DNA of 64,000 nt. Source: Thermoleophilia bacterium (lineage in GTDB: Bacteria; Actinomycetota; Thermoleophilia; UBA2241). The DNA lies in the NCBI GenBank assembly GCA_035686425.1, contig DASRZL010000098.1:2761-66760 (forward strand), given 5' to 3'. Below the pieces are notes generated by a model, which was not told the origin of the DNA, did not search any database, and worked only from the letters and a program-made list of their open reading frames with translations. Both the position numbers and the translations under genes were made by a program. This document shows positions 30,218 through 38,796 of the stretch, in pieces. Every line of letters begins with the position of its first letter. The first letter of the stretch is position 1.

Positions 30218-33112
30218 ATGACCGCCCGCCATCGCATCCCCGAGCTCTCGCCGGAGGGCCGCGCCGCCGGGCAGGCGCTCCGGTGCGCGGTGGCCGGCAA
30301 GGTCTCGGCGTCGCCGCTCAGTCGCTGGCTCTACTCCACCGACGCCTCGGGATACCGCGTCGTGCCTGAGGTCGTCGTCGCGGCCGGCTCGCCGGACGAT
30401 CTGGCGGTCGTGGCGACGGTCGCGGCAGAGACCGGCCTGCCGGTCGTGGCCCGCGGCGCCGCGTCGAGCCTCGCCGGGCAGGCGATCGGCCCCGGCATCG
30501 TCGTCGACTGCTTCGGCCTGGACCGCATCCTCGAGATCGACGCCGGCGCTCGCCACGCTCGAGTCCAGCCCGGCGTCGTCCAGGCCGCGCTCAACGCCGC
30601 CGCGGCGCCGTATGGCCTCGAGTTCGGACCCGACACCTCGACCGTCGACCAGGCGACCATCGGCGGCATGGTCGGAAACAACTCCTCCGGCTCGCGCTCC
30701 ATCGTCTACGGCGAGACCAAGGACAAGGTGCTGCGCGTGGCCGGCGTGCTCGCCGGCGGCGAGGACATCGAGTTCGGGGCCTGTGTCGGGGACGACCTCA
30801 CGAGCGGCATTCGCGGGGCGGCAGGGGGAAGGCTCGCGGCGGAGCTGGCGCGGGTGCGCGAGCGGTACCGCGAGCCCATCGCGACCGGTTACCCGGAGAC
30901 GATCCGGTGCACCTCCGGCTACAACCTCCGGGAGCTGCTCGCGCCCAAGCCCGAGGTGGGCCGGCTGCTCGCCGGCTCGGAGGGTACGCTGGCCCTGTTC
31001 ACCGAGCTCGACGTGCTGCTCGACGCGCGCCCGGCCGCACGAGTCGGCGCCGCCTTCACCTTCGCGACCTTGCGCGAGGCACTGGAGGCCAACGTCGCCA
31101 TCCTCGATACAGGGCCATCCGCGACCGAGTTCCTGGACCTCGCGCCGCTGCGTCGCGCTCCCAACCTGGCCACGTACCGGAACATGGCCGCGATGGTGGG
31201 CGGCGGCGACGCGGCGCTGCTCACCGTCGAGTATCAGGGGAGCGAGGAGGAGGCCCACGCCGGCCTCGCGCGCCTGCGTGCCCTCGCCGGCGCCCTTGGC
31301 GCGACCCAGTCCCTCTGGCTCGAGCAGCCGGAGGAGCTCGCGGAAGCCGCGGCCCTGCGTCGCGCCGCCCTGCCGCTGCTCATGGGTGCGCCGGGCGCGG
31401 AGCGCCCGGCGTCGTTCGTCGAAGACGCGGCCGTGGCGCCAGAGCGGCTCGCCGACTTCGTCGACGACTTCCAGCGGGTGGTCGCGTCCCATGGCGCCCG
31501 CGCCAGCTACACCGGGCACGCCTCCGCCGGTTGCCTGCACATCCGGCCGTTGCTCGACCTCAAGACCGCGGCAGGCGTGGCCCGCATGGACGCGCTGGCC
31601 GGCGAGGTCGGCCGTCTCGTGGCCGACTACCACGGCGCGATCTCCGGCGAGCACGGCTGCGGGCGCTCGCGCAGCTGGTTCCTGCCACGGCTTCTCGGGC
31701 CCGGGCTGTACGAGGCCATGGTCGCCGTCAAGGACGCCTTCGACCCGCATCGCCTGCTGAATCCCGGGGTCGTGGTGGACGGCCCCCCGGTCACTGAGGC
31801 GCTGCGCTTCGGCGCCGACTACCGCGGCGACCGGGCGTGGGCGCCGCGGCTCTCCTACGCCGCCGAGGGCGGTTTCGACCTCGCCATCGAGAAGTGCTTC
31901 GGCGCCGGCCTCTGCAAGAAGCTCTCAGGCACGATGTGCCCGCCCGGCTCTGCGACGCGCGATGAGGCGCGCACCACCCGGGCGCGCGCCAACGCGTTGC
32001 AGGGGGTCGTCTGTGGAGCCGTGCCGTTGGCGGCGATCGGCGAGGACGAGTTCCGCGAAGTGCTCGGCACCTGCGTCGCCTGCAAGGCGTGCAAGACCGA
32101 GTGCCCCGCAGGCGTCGACATGGCCGCTCTCAAGGTCGAGTGGCTCGCGGAACTGCGCTCCCGCGAAGGCGTCCCGCCGCTCGCGCGCGGCATCGGCGAC
32201 TTCCGCCGGCTCGCGGCGCTCGCGGCGCCGGTCGCGCCGCTGGTCAACGTCCTTGGCCGCACCCGAGCGGCGCGGCTCGTGACCAACCGCGTCGGCGTCG
32301 CCCGCGAACGGCCGCTGCCTACGTTCGCGAGCTGGCCGCTCACGCGCCGGTGGGCCGCCCGGCCGGCGCCGACAGCCGTCGCGGCTTCGGGGTCCGCCAA
32401 GACCGCAACGCTCTTCGTCGATTGCTTCGTCCAGTATCAGGAGCCGGGCGTGGGCGAGGCACTGGCGCGGCTCCTCGCCGCCGCGGGCGTGCGCCTCAGC
32501 CTCACGGACGTTGGCTGCTGCGGCCGTACCGCGCTGTCGACGGGGCAGATCGAGCGGGCGCGCGCCGCTGCGCGGCGCGCTCTCGACGGGCTGCACGTTC
32601 GCGTCCGGGACGGCGCCGAGGTCCTCTTCATCGAGCCGTCGTGCCTGTCCATGGTGCGCGACGACTGGGCGCGGCTGCTCCCCGGGGACCCGCGTGTCGC
32701 CGAGGTCGCCACGGCGGCGCGTCCGGCGCTTGCTCTCGTCGCCGACCTGGCCGCTGAAGGCCGCCTGCGCTTCCGTGCCGGCGGCCGCGCGCTCCTGCAC
32801 ACTCACTGCCACGAGAAGGCGCTGGGCTTCGCCGCGGCGACGCAGGACGCCCTGGCCGCCGTTCCCGGCCTCGAGGTCGAGGATCCAGACGCCGGGTGCT
32901 GCGGCATGTCCGGCGTGTTCGGTTACGAGGCCGAACACTACGCGCTCAGCGTGGCTATGGGTGAGCGAGTGCTGCTGCCGGCGGTGCGGGCGGCGCGGCA
33001 GGACACGGCCGTGCTCGCGACCGGTACGTCGTGCCGGTCGCAGGTGCGCGATCTCAGTGGCCGCGCCGCTCTCCACCCGCTCGAGTTCCTCGCCGGTCGC
33101 CTCCAGACCTGA
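30218..33112 (+). CDS. FAD-binding and Fe-S-binding oxidoreductase (GlcD+GlcF / Dld-II-type fusion)
   Basis: GGMVGNNSSG, GEHG, CFGAGLC, CVACKACKTECP, and two CCG domains (GCCG). Confidence 0.88.
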   Translation: MTARHRIPELSPEGRAAGQALRCAVAGKVSASPLSRWLYSTDASGYRVVPEVVVAAGSPDDLAVVATVAAETGLPVVARGAASSLAGQAIGPGIVVDCFGLDRILEIDAGARHARVQPGVVQAALNAAAAPYGLEFGPDTSTVDQATIGGMVGNNSSGSRSIVYGETKDKVLRVAGVLAGGEDIEFGACVGDDLTSGIRGAAGGRLAAELARVRERYREPIATGYPETIRCTSGYNLRELLAPKPEVGRLLAGSEGTLALFTELDVLLDARPAARVGAAFTFATLREALEANVAILDTGPSATEFLDLAPLRRAPNLATYRNMAAMVGGGDAALLTVEYQGSEEEAHAGLARLRALAGALGATQSLWLEQPEELAEAAALRRAALPLLMGAPGAERPASFVEDAAVAPERLADFVDDFQRVVASHGARASYTGHASAGCLHIRPLLDLKTAAGVARMDALAGEVGRLVADYHGAISGEHGCGRSRSWFLPRLLGPGLYEAMVAVKDAFDPHRLLNPGVVVDGPPVTEALRFGADYRGDRAWAPRLSYAAEGGFDLAIEKCFGAGLCKKLSGTMCPPGSATRDEARTTRARANALQGVVCGAVPLAAIGEDEFREVLGTCVACKACKTECPAGVDMAALKVEWLAELRSREGVPPLARGIGDFRRLAALAAPVAPLVNVLGRTRAARLVTNRVGVARERPLPTFASWPLTRRWAARPAPTAVAASGSAKTATLFVDCFVQYQEPGVGEALARLLAAAGVRLSLTDVGCCGRTALSTGQIERARAAARRALDGLHVRVRDGAEVLFIEPSCLSMVRDDWARLLPGDPRVAEVATAARPALALVADLAAEGRLRFRAGGRALLHTHCHEKALGFAAATQDALAAVPGLEVEDPDAGCCGMSGVFGYEAEHYALSVAMGERVLLPAVRAARQDTAVLATGTSCRSQVRDLSGRAALHPLEFLAGRLQT

Positions 33113-33172
33113 TCGCGGCGGCCGCCTCAGACCTCCCTGCGCCGGCCCTCCCCGGCGTGTACGATGGTCGTC

Positions 33173-33352
33173 GTGAACTGGCTGATCCTGATCGCCGGCG
33201 TCGTCGGGTTGGGCGTCGCGGGGTACGGGCTGGTCGCGCTGACCATGCAGGCGGTGCGGCGGCGGCGCTACCTCGACATCGTCCTGGCCGTCGCCGTGGC
33301 CCTCGCCACCGTGGTCATGCTGGTGACGTTCGGAGAACGCATCATCCGCTGA
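33173..33352 (+). CDS. Small 2-TM hypothetical membrane protein
   Basis: Two hydrophobic helices flanking RRRR. TACGAT 7 nt before GTG 33173. Confidence 0.65.
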   Translation: MNWLILIAGVVGLGVAGYGLVALTMQAVRRRRYLDIVLAVAVALATVVMLVTFGERIIR

Positions 33353-33598
33353 CGGAGGCCGGGAAGGCGCGGTCGCACCAGGCCCGCAGGCTACTGCCCG
33401 GGCATGCCGCTAAGGTTCGTCCCGGCGTTGCCGATACTGGGAACGCCGGTCGGAGTGGATCGGTGGGGATGTCCGGATCTCCCGGTCGCGGGGCGCGCGC
33501 CGCCGCCGTCCTCAGCTGGATCCGGGCAGCCGATGCACTCCGGTGGTGCGACGCAAGAGTCGCGGCTCCCGACCCCGGCACGGCAGGAGAGTGAACTG

Positions 33599-34183
33599 AT
33601 GGCCAAGCGAATCCTCGTCGTCGACGACGAGCCCGACATTCGGCGGCTCGTGGCCGAAGCGCTCGAGATGACCGGGTACGACGTGCGCAGCGCCGCCAAC
33701 GGCAGCGAGGCCGTGCGCGTCGCGTCGCTCTATCTCCCGGACCTCGTGCTGCTCGACATCATGATGCCGGACATGGACGGGTTCGCCGTCTACGCGAAGC
33801 TGCGCGAGAAGCCCACGGATCTGCGCTCGCCGATCATCTTCCTGACGGCGCGTCGGGAGATCAGCGACAAGCTCCTGGGCTTCGAGAAGGGCGCCGCCGA
33901 CTACATCACCAAGCCCTTCCACATCAAGGAACTGCTGGCGCGCGTCAAGGTGCACCTGGGAGAGCTTGGGCCGCCCAGGGGCGACGTCCCCAACCCGATG
34001 ACCGACCGCGAGCTCGAAGTGCTGGGCCTGCTGGCCGGCGGCAAGACCTACAAGCAGGTCGCCAGGGCGCTCGATCTCAGCCAGAGCACGGTGCGCAACC
34101 ACTTGCACAACGTGTATCACAAGCTCAACGTGGTGGACCGCGCCCAGGCCGTCATCGTGAGCCGGGAGAACGGCTGGATCTAG
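33599..34183 (+). CDS. Response regulator, receiver + LuxR-type HTH
   Basis: ILVVDDE, LLDIMMP, YITKPF, then MTDRELEVL...TVRNHLHNVYHKLNV. GGAGA SD. Confidence 0.9.
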   Translation: MAKRILVVDDEPDIRRLVAEALEMTGYDVRSAANGSEAVRVASLYLPDLVLLDIMMPDMDGFAVYAKLREKPTDLRSPIIFLTARREISDKLLGFEKGAADYITKPFHIKELLARVKVHLGELGPPRGDVPNPMTDRELEVLGLLAGGKTYKQVARALDLSQSTVRNHLHNVYHKLNVVDRAQAVIVSRENGWI

Positions 34184-34212
34184 GGACGGCAGCGCTGGAT
34201 CGTGCGACGAAG

Positions 34213-34237
34213 AGGGCCGGCGCCGCGCGCCGGCCCT
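34213..34237. terminator. Hairpin between convergent genes (probable bidirectional terminator)
   Basis: 11-bp stem AGGGCCGGCGC/GCGCCGGCCCT with a 3-nt loop. Confidence 0.55.
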
Positions 34238-34262
34238 TCGTGCCTGTGGTGATGGACGAACG

Positions 34263-34520
34263 TCAGGAGGCGGAGAACGGCATGTCCGGCAGCGACCACT
34301 CCGGGCCCTCACCGCGACGGTCGCCGCGGCGACGCTCGGTGAAGGGACCGGATCCGCTGACCCAGCGCGGGCGGCGGCGTTCGCCGGTGCGCCGGTCGAC
34401 GACGACGCGCACGTCGTCGCGCCCCGCGAACGTGGCTGCAAGCCGTTCGTAGAAGAACCCCTCGAGCTGACGCGGGATCACGATCGTTCGCGGCTCGACG
34501 CTTTGCGTCGTCCCGGGCAT
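34263..34520 (-). CDS. Small hypothetical protein with VVVDRRTGERR...ERRRGDRR motif
   Basis: 85 aa, strong GGAGGAGG SD, protein-like composition. Confidence 0.7.
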   Translation of the reverse strand: MPGTTQSVEPRTIVIPRQLEGFFYERLAATFAGRDDVRVVVDRRTGERRRPRWVSGSGPFTERRRGDRRGEGPEWSLPDMPFSAS

Positions 34521-34720
34521 ACCAGACCTCCTCCGACACCCACAACGTACCACTTGAGATGCACAGTCATTCGCCGTTCGCGCGCGCTTCTCCTTGGCCG
34601 TGCCTGCACCGCGAGGCGCCGGCGTTGTCGGTATTGGCTACGAGCGGCTCCCGTGGCCGCCCGTAGACGGACTCCACCTCGACTGCGGGCGCGTTCTGCC
34701 GGAGGTACACTGGGCCACGC

Positions 34721-35419
34721 GTGATCCCTCTCAACGACGACATCCGTACGCGGCGCTTCCCGGCGGTGACGGTGGCGCTCATCGCCGCCAACGTCGCCGT
34801 CTTCATCGTCCAGCTTGCCCTGCCGCGTTGGGGCATCACGCTGCAGGGCTGGTACTACCTGCTGGGTGCGCGGCCCTTCGAGCTCACCCATCATCTGGAT
34901 GTGCCCCCATTCGGCTGGTTCCCCTGGTGGGCGACGCTGTTCTCGTCCATGTTCGTGCACGGCGGTTGGCTGCACCTGATCTTCAACATGCTCTATCTCT
35001 GGATCTTCGGAAGCAGGGTGGAGGACGCCATGTCGCGGCCGCGATACCTGGCGTTCTACGTCATCTGCGGGATGCTGGCGACGACGGCGCAGGTGCTCGT
35101 CGCCCCCTCCAGTGACGTTCCGCTCATCGGCGCCAGCGGCGCCATCGCCGGCGTGCTCGGCGGGTACCTCGTGCTGTTCCCTCGCGCCCGAGTGGTGACC
35201 GTCGTGCCGCTCATCTTCGTCTTCCCGGTCTTCGAGGTACCGGCCTGGATCCTGCTCATCGTCTGGTTCGCGCTCCAGGGCGTCGGCGGCGCGTGGTCCT
35301 ACGTCTCGGGGCAGCCCGGCGTCGCCTTCTTCGCCCACTTGGGCGGTTTCGTCGCCGGCATGCTGCTCGTGCTGCTCTTCGCGCGGCGCCGGCCCCCGCG
35401 CGCGCGACGTCGGGTGTAG
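34721..35419 (+). CDS. Rhomboid family intramembrane serine protease
   Basis: HGGWLHLIFN, GASG, AHLGG. Confidence 0.92.
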   Translation: MIPLNDDIRTRRFPAVTVALIAANVAVFIVQLALPRWGITLQGWYYLLGARPFELTHHLDVPPFGWFPWWATLFSSMFVHGGWLHLIFNMLYLWIFGSRVEDAMSRPRYLAFYVICGMLATTAQVLVAPSSDVPLIGASGAIAGVLGGYLVLFPRARVVTVVPLIFVFPVFEVPAWILLIVWFALQGVGGAWSYVSGQPGVAFFAHLGGFVAGMLLVLLFARRRPPRARRRV

Positions 35420-35466
35420 GCTTGCGCGCACGGGATCGTGCCGACCACCCGGGGGCCACGCGCAAG

Positions 35467-36285
35467 ATGTTCGCGGACTACCACATCCACACCGGGCTCT
35501 GCCCCCACGCGGAGGGTGAGCCGCGCGAGTACGTCGAGCGCGCCATTCGGCTCGGCATGACCGAGATGGGCTTCGCCGACCACCTGCCGTTCGTCGGCGG
35601 GTGGGCACCACGCTACGACCTCACCGACGACTGGGCGATGGCGCCGGAAGAGCTCGACGACTACGTCGCGCTCATCCAGGGGCTGGCCCGGGAGTACGCC
35701 GCCGACGTGCGCATCCTGCTGGGCATCGAGGCCGACTTCATCCCCGAGACGCTCGAGGACACGGCGGAGGTGCTGGCCGCCTATCCCTTCGAGTACGTGA
35801 TCGGCTCGGTGCACGTCGTCGGCGACCGCTTCGGCTTCGACCACCCCGAGATGGAACCCCGGCTGGCCGCCTACGGACTCGATCGCATCTACCTCGAGAG
35901 CCTGGACCTTTCGAGGCAGGCCGCGGAGAGCGGTCTGTTCCACATCCTCGGCCACCTCGACCACGCCAAGAAGTTCGTGCGCCGGCTGGACGACGAGCAG
36001 GCCGTGGCCGCCGCCGCGTCGGCGGCGCTGCGCGCTGCCGCGGCGGCCGGCATGGCCATCGAGATCAACACCAGCGGACTGCGCAAGGCAGTCGCCGAGG
36101 CGTTCCCCGGCCCGGCGCTGCTCGCCGAGGCCGCTGCGCTCGGCATCCCGCTCGTCCTCGGCTCGGACGCGCACCGGCCCGGCCACGTGGGTCACGCGTT
36201 CGCGCGCGCCGCGGAGCTCGCCCGCGAAGCCGGGTACACGGCCGTCCTTCGGCTCTCGACGGACGCGCAAGAGGCGCTGACGTGA
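35467..36285 (+). CDS. PHP-family histidinol-phosphatase (HisJ/HisK type)
   Basis: DYHIH, FADH, GIEAD, IGSVH, GHLD, EINTSG, GSDAH. Confidence 0.85.
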   Translation: MFADYHIHTGLCPHAEGEPREYVERAIRLGMTEMGFADHLPFVGGWAPRYDLTDDWAMAPEELDDYVALIQGLAREYAADVRILLGIEADFIPETLEDTAEVLAAYPFEYVIGSVHVVGDRFGFDHPEMEPRLAAYGLDRIYLESLDLSRQAAESGLFHILGHLDHAKKFVRRLDDEQAVAAAASAALRAAAAAGMAIEINTSGLRKAVAEAFPGPALLAEAAALGIPLVLGSDAHRPGHVGHAFARAAELAREAGYTAVLRLSTDAQEALT

Positions 36286-37172
36286 TCCGGCCCGGCGACC
36301 GTATCGCCGCCATCTTCAACCCGCAGTCCGGCGGCGGGGGGTACCAGCGCGACGTGCCGCTCATCTTCGAGGCGCTTCGGGGGCTCGGGTACTCAGTCGC
36401 AGAGCTGGAGACCGGTGGGCCCGGTGATGCGACGCGGCTCGCGCGAGAAGCGGTAGCCGCCGGGTTCGACGTCGTCTGCGCCATCGGCGGCGACGGGACC
36501 GTCAACGAGACGGTCAACGGCCTTGCCGGCAGCGGGACGCCGCTGGCCATCGTTCCCACCGGCACCGTCAACGTCCTCGCCATGGAGCTTGGGATCCCGC
36601 TCGATCCACCGGATGCGGTCCGTCTCCTGGAGGCGCCCGTGGTCTCGTGGATCGACCTCGGCCTGGCCGGCGATCGGTACTTCGGGCTCATGGCTGGGGT
36701 CGGCATGGACGCGGCCGTCGTCGCCTCGCTCAACCCCACGATGAAGAAGGCGCTCAAGGAAGCGGCGTTCGCCGTACAAGGCCTGGCCAACTACCTCACG
36801 CGTGAGGAACCGTTGATCAGGGTGACCTCTGAGGAGCGCACCGTCGAGGGCTACTTCGCCGTCTTTGGCAACTCGTCGAACTACGGGGGCGCGTTCGGGA
36901 TCACGCCCCTGGCCGACATGCGCGACGGGCTGCTCGACGTCTGCGTGCTCAAGGACAAGTCGTTTCTGAGCACGGTCTGGTACTGGACCGCCGCACTCAT
37001 CAACGCTCACATCAAGCATCCCAAGGTCGAGTACTTCCGCACGGAGCGCGCGTCCATCGCCACCGTGGAGGAGGGCAAGGAAGTGCTCGTCCAGACCGAC
37101 GGCGAGGTCGCCGGAAAGCTGCCGATGGAGTGCCGCGTCGTGCCCCGTGCCCTGCGCGTGGTCGTACCCTGA
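36282..37172 (+). CDS. Diacylglycerol/lipid kinase family protein (YegS/DgkB-like)
   Basis: NPQSG, GGDGTVNE, PTGTVN, QTDGE. GTGA overlap with the upstream gene. Confidence 0.9.
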   Translation: MIRPGDRIAAIFNPQSGGGGYQRDVPLIFEALRGLGYSVAELETGGPGDATRLAREAVAAGFDVVCAIGGDGTVNETVNGLAGSGTPLAIVPTGTVNVLAMELGIPLDPPDAVRLLEAPVVSWIDLGLAGDRYFGLMAGVGMDAAVVASLNPTMKKALKEAAFAVQGLANYLTREEPLIRVTSEERTVEGYFAVFGNSSNYGGAFGITPLADMRDGLLDVCVLKDKSFLSTVWYWTAALINAHIKHPKVEYFRTERASIATVEEGKEVLVQTDGEVAGKLPMECRVVPRALRVVVP

Positions 37173-37215
37173 CGGACTCCCTCTGCGGCCCTCGGGCCGG
37201 GAAGCAACACCGAGA

Positions 37216-37420
37216 ATGCTCGCGCGCATCACGCCGCCCCCCGCATCAGAACTCGACGACATCCACGAGACGACGCTGCGCCTGCTGGTCGAGGTCGGGC
37301 GCCGTCGCCTTGGTCGAGGAGATCCTGGCGACACACCGTCCCAAGCCGTTGCCGGCCGGCGCGGACGAGCGCATCGCCGCCGTCATCGCGACCGCGGGCC
37401 GCGAGCTGGGCGGCGGTTGA
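37216..37420 (+). pseudogene. Internally deleted remnant of an MttB (trimethylamine methyltransferase) family gene
   Basis: N-terminal-like ELDDIHETTLRLLVEVG is joined out of frame at about 37299 to C-terminal-like VEEILATHRPKPL...ERIAAVI. Confidence 0.55.
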
Positions 37421-37460
37421 GCGCGGACCTGCGACCGATAGCCAGGTCTCGAGGCCTGGC

Positions 37461-38054
37461 CTAGAGGCCCATCACCTGCGCGAGGGCGCGCAGGCGTTCG
37501 ACGTACTCCTTGCGCGCCTTCGCGTCGCGCTCGCGCAGCTCCGCCGGCGCCGCGATCGGCACTACCTTGAACGACGGGTTGTCGAAGAGCTTGAGTTCGA
37601 GCGAATCGTCGGGCTCATAGGGCCGGTTCTTGAAGAACTTGCCGAGCAGGAAACGCGTCGTCTCCTCGCCTACGGTGATCACGTAGTGCGGGGTGGTGAT
37701 CGTGAGTTCCTTGGAGAGATACGGATAGCAGGCCGTGAGCTCGTCGGCGGTGGGGCCGCGCTCGGCGGAGCCGCTGCGGGGGACGCACTTGACGAGGGTC
37801 GTCGCGTACACCTGATCGCGGCTCGTGGCGAGAGCCGGCATGAACTCGGCGAGCTCCGCAAGCGTGGTCTCGCCGGCCACTCCGCCTTCAGCCTCGTCGG
37901 CACGGGCCGGTGCGAGGGAGACGAGCATCACCGTGCAATGCGGGTGTCCACCGCCGGGTACGGCGCGGAGCCGGCTCGCCACGAGCTCGTCGCAGCGGGT
38001 GCATTCGCCGACGCTCCGCGCCAGATTGTCGAGCTGTTCGACCGCGTCTTCCAT
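37461..38054 (-). CDS. Uracil-DNA-glycosylase family 4/5-like Fe-S protein with degenerate catalytic motifs
   Basis: CTRC...VKC...TAC ligand set and RAVPG.G are kept. GEAPG reads SLAPA and HP(A/S) reads AAPA. Confidence 0.7.
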   Translation of the reverse strand: MEDAVEQLDNLARSVGECTRCDELVASRLRAVPGGGHPHCTVMLVSLAPARADEAEGGVAGETTLAELAEFMPALATSRDQVYATTLVKCVPRSGSAERGPTADELTACYPYLSKELTITTPHYVITVGEETTRFLLGKFFKNRPYEPDDSLELKLFDNPSFKVVPIAAPAELRERDAKARKEYVERLRALAQVMGL

Positions 38055-38097
38055 GAGTTCTCCTTGGTCACTACGGCCGGCTGCGCCGGCCGGACGG

Positions 38098-38439
38098 TCA
38101 GGCGCCGGGCTTGATGAGGCGGTACTCGCAGGCGAGGGCGCTGGACAGACCTACGAGCACGAGCATGAGCTCGCCGCCAAAGGGGGCGAGCACAACGTTG
38201 AGGTCGCCGAAGTCGACGGAGATGTACTTCGCCTCCGGCTGGGCGAGCTCGGCGGCGAGACGGGCGCCGATGTCGATGACGCCGGCCACCTGGGCCGCCA
38301 CGGCTTCGGCCCTGAAGTCGGCGGCGGCGTCGGCGGCGACGACGAACCCGTCGCGTGAGATCAGCAGGGCAGCGAGGATCCCGGGCGTCTCCCGGTAAGG
38401 GGCGAGCTGTGCGGCGAGGATATCTGCCTGGTCGGTCAT
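38098..38439 (-). CDS. Roadblock/LC7 (MglB-like) domain protein
   Basis: PGILAALLISRDGFVVA pattern; ATGA overlap with the upstream ORF. Confidence 0.85.
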   Translation of the reverse strand: MTDQADILAAQLAPYRETPGILAALLISRDGFVVAADAAADFRAEAVAAQVAGVIDIGARLAAELAQPEAKYISVDFGDLNVVLAPFGGELMLVLVGLSSALACEYRLIKPGA

Positions 38440-38735
38440 CGCGCCTCCAAGGCGGTCTCGAGTTGGCTGCGCACCGCGGCGGCGAAGGCCTGCGCGGCGG
38501 CGTCGTCGGTGAAGATCCGGGTGAGGCCCTCCCGCTTGCCGGCCAGTTCGCTGAGGAAGATGCCGGCGCGGGGGAGAGGTGACCCGTCAGTGTCGGGGAG
38601 CGATCCCTCGAGTGGGAGTTGGACCAGCGTGTCGCCGGTCACGAACAGTCTGCCGGTCTCGCGTCCGGAGAGCCGCACCACGACCTGCACGGCGATTCCC
38701 TCGGTGACCCGCTCGCTGGTGATGTCGATCTCCAC
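38436..38735 (-). CDS. Hypothetical protein (99 aa), first gene of a leaderless operon
   Basis: TAGTCT 6 nt before GTG; coupled to the Roadblock gene. Confidence 0.7.
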   Translation of the reverse strand: MEIDITSERVTEGIAVQVVVRLSGRETGRLFVTGDTLVQLPLEGSLPDTDGSPLPRAGIFLSELAGKREGLTRIFTDDAAAQAFAAAVRSQLETALEAR

Positions 38736-38796
38736 AGCCGAAGACTAGCGAGGCGAATGGAGAGTGGCAAGGTGCGGGCCGCTGCGGCCCGCCCGA

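Noticed and set aside
33380-33590. c-di-GMP or c-di-AMP riboswitch upstream of the response regulator
   Set aside because: Only fragments resemble the consensus (GACGCAA, GGTGGTGC); their order and pairing do not fit from inspection. A covariance search is needed.
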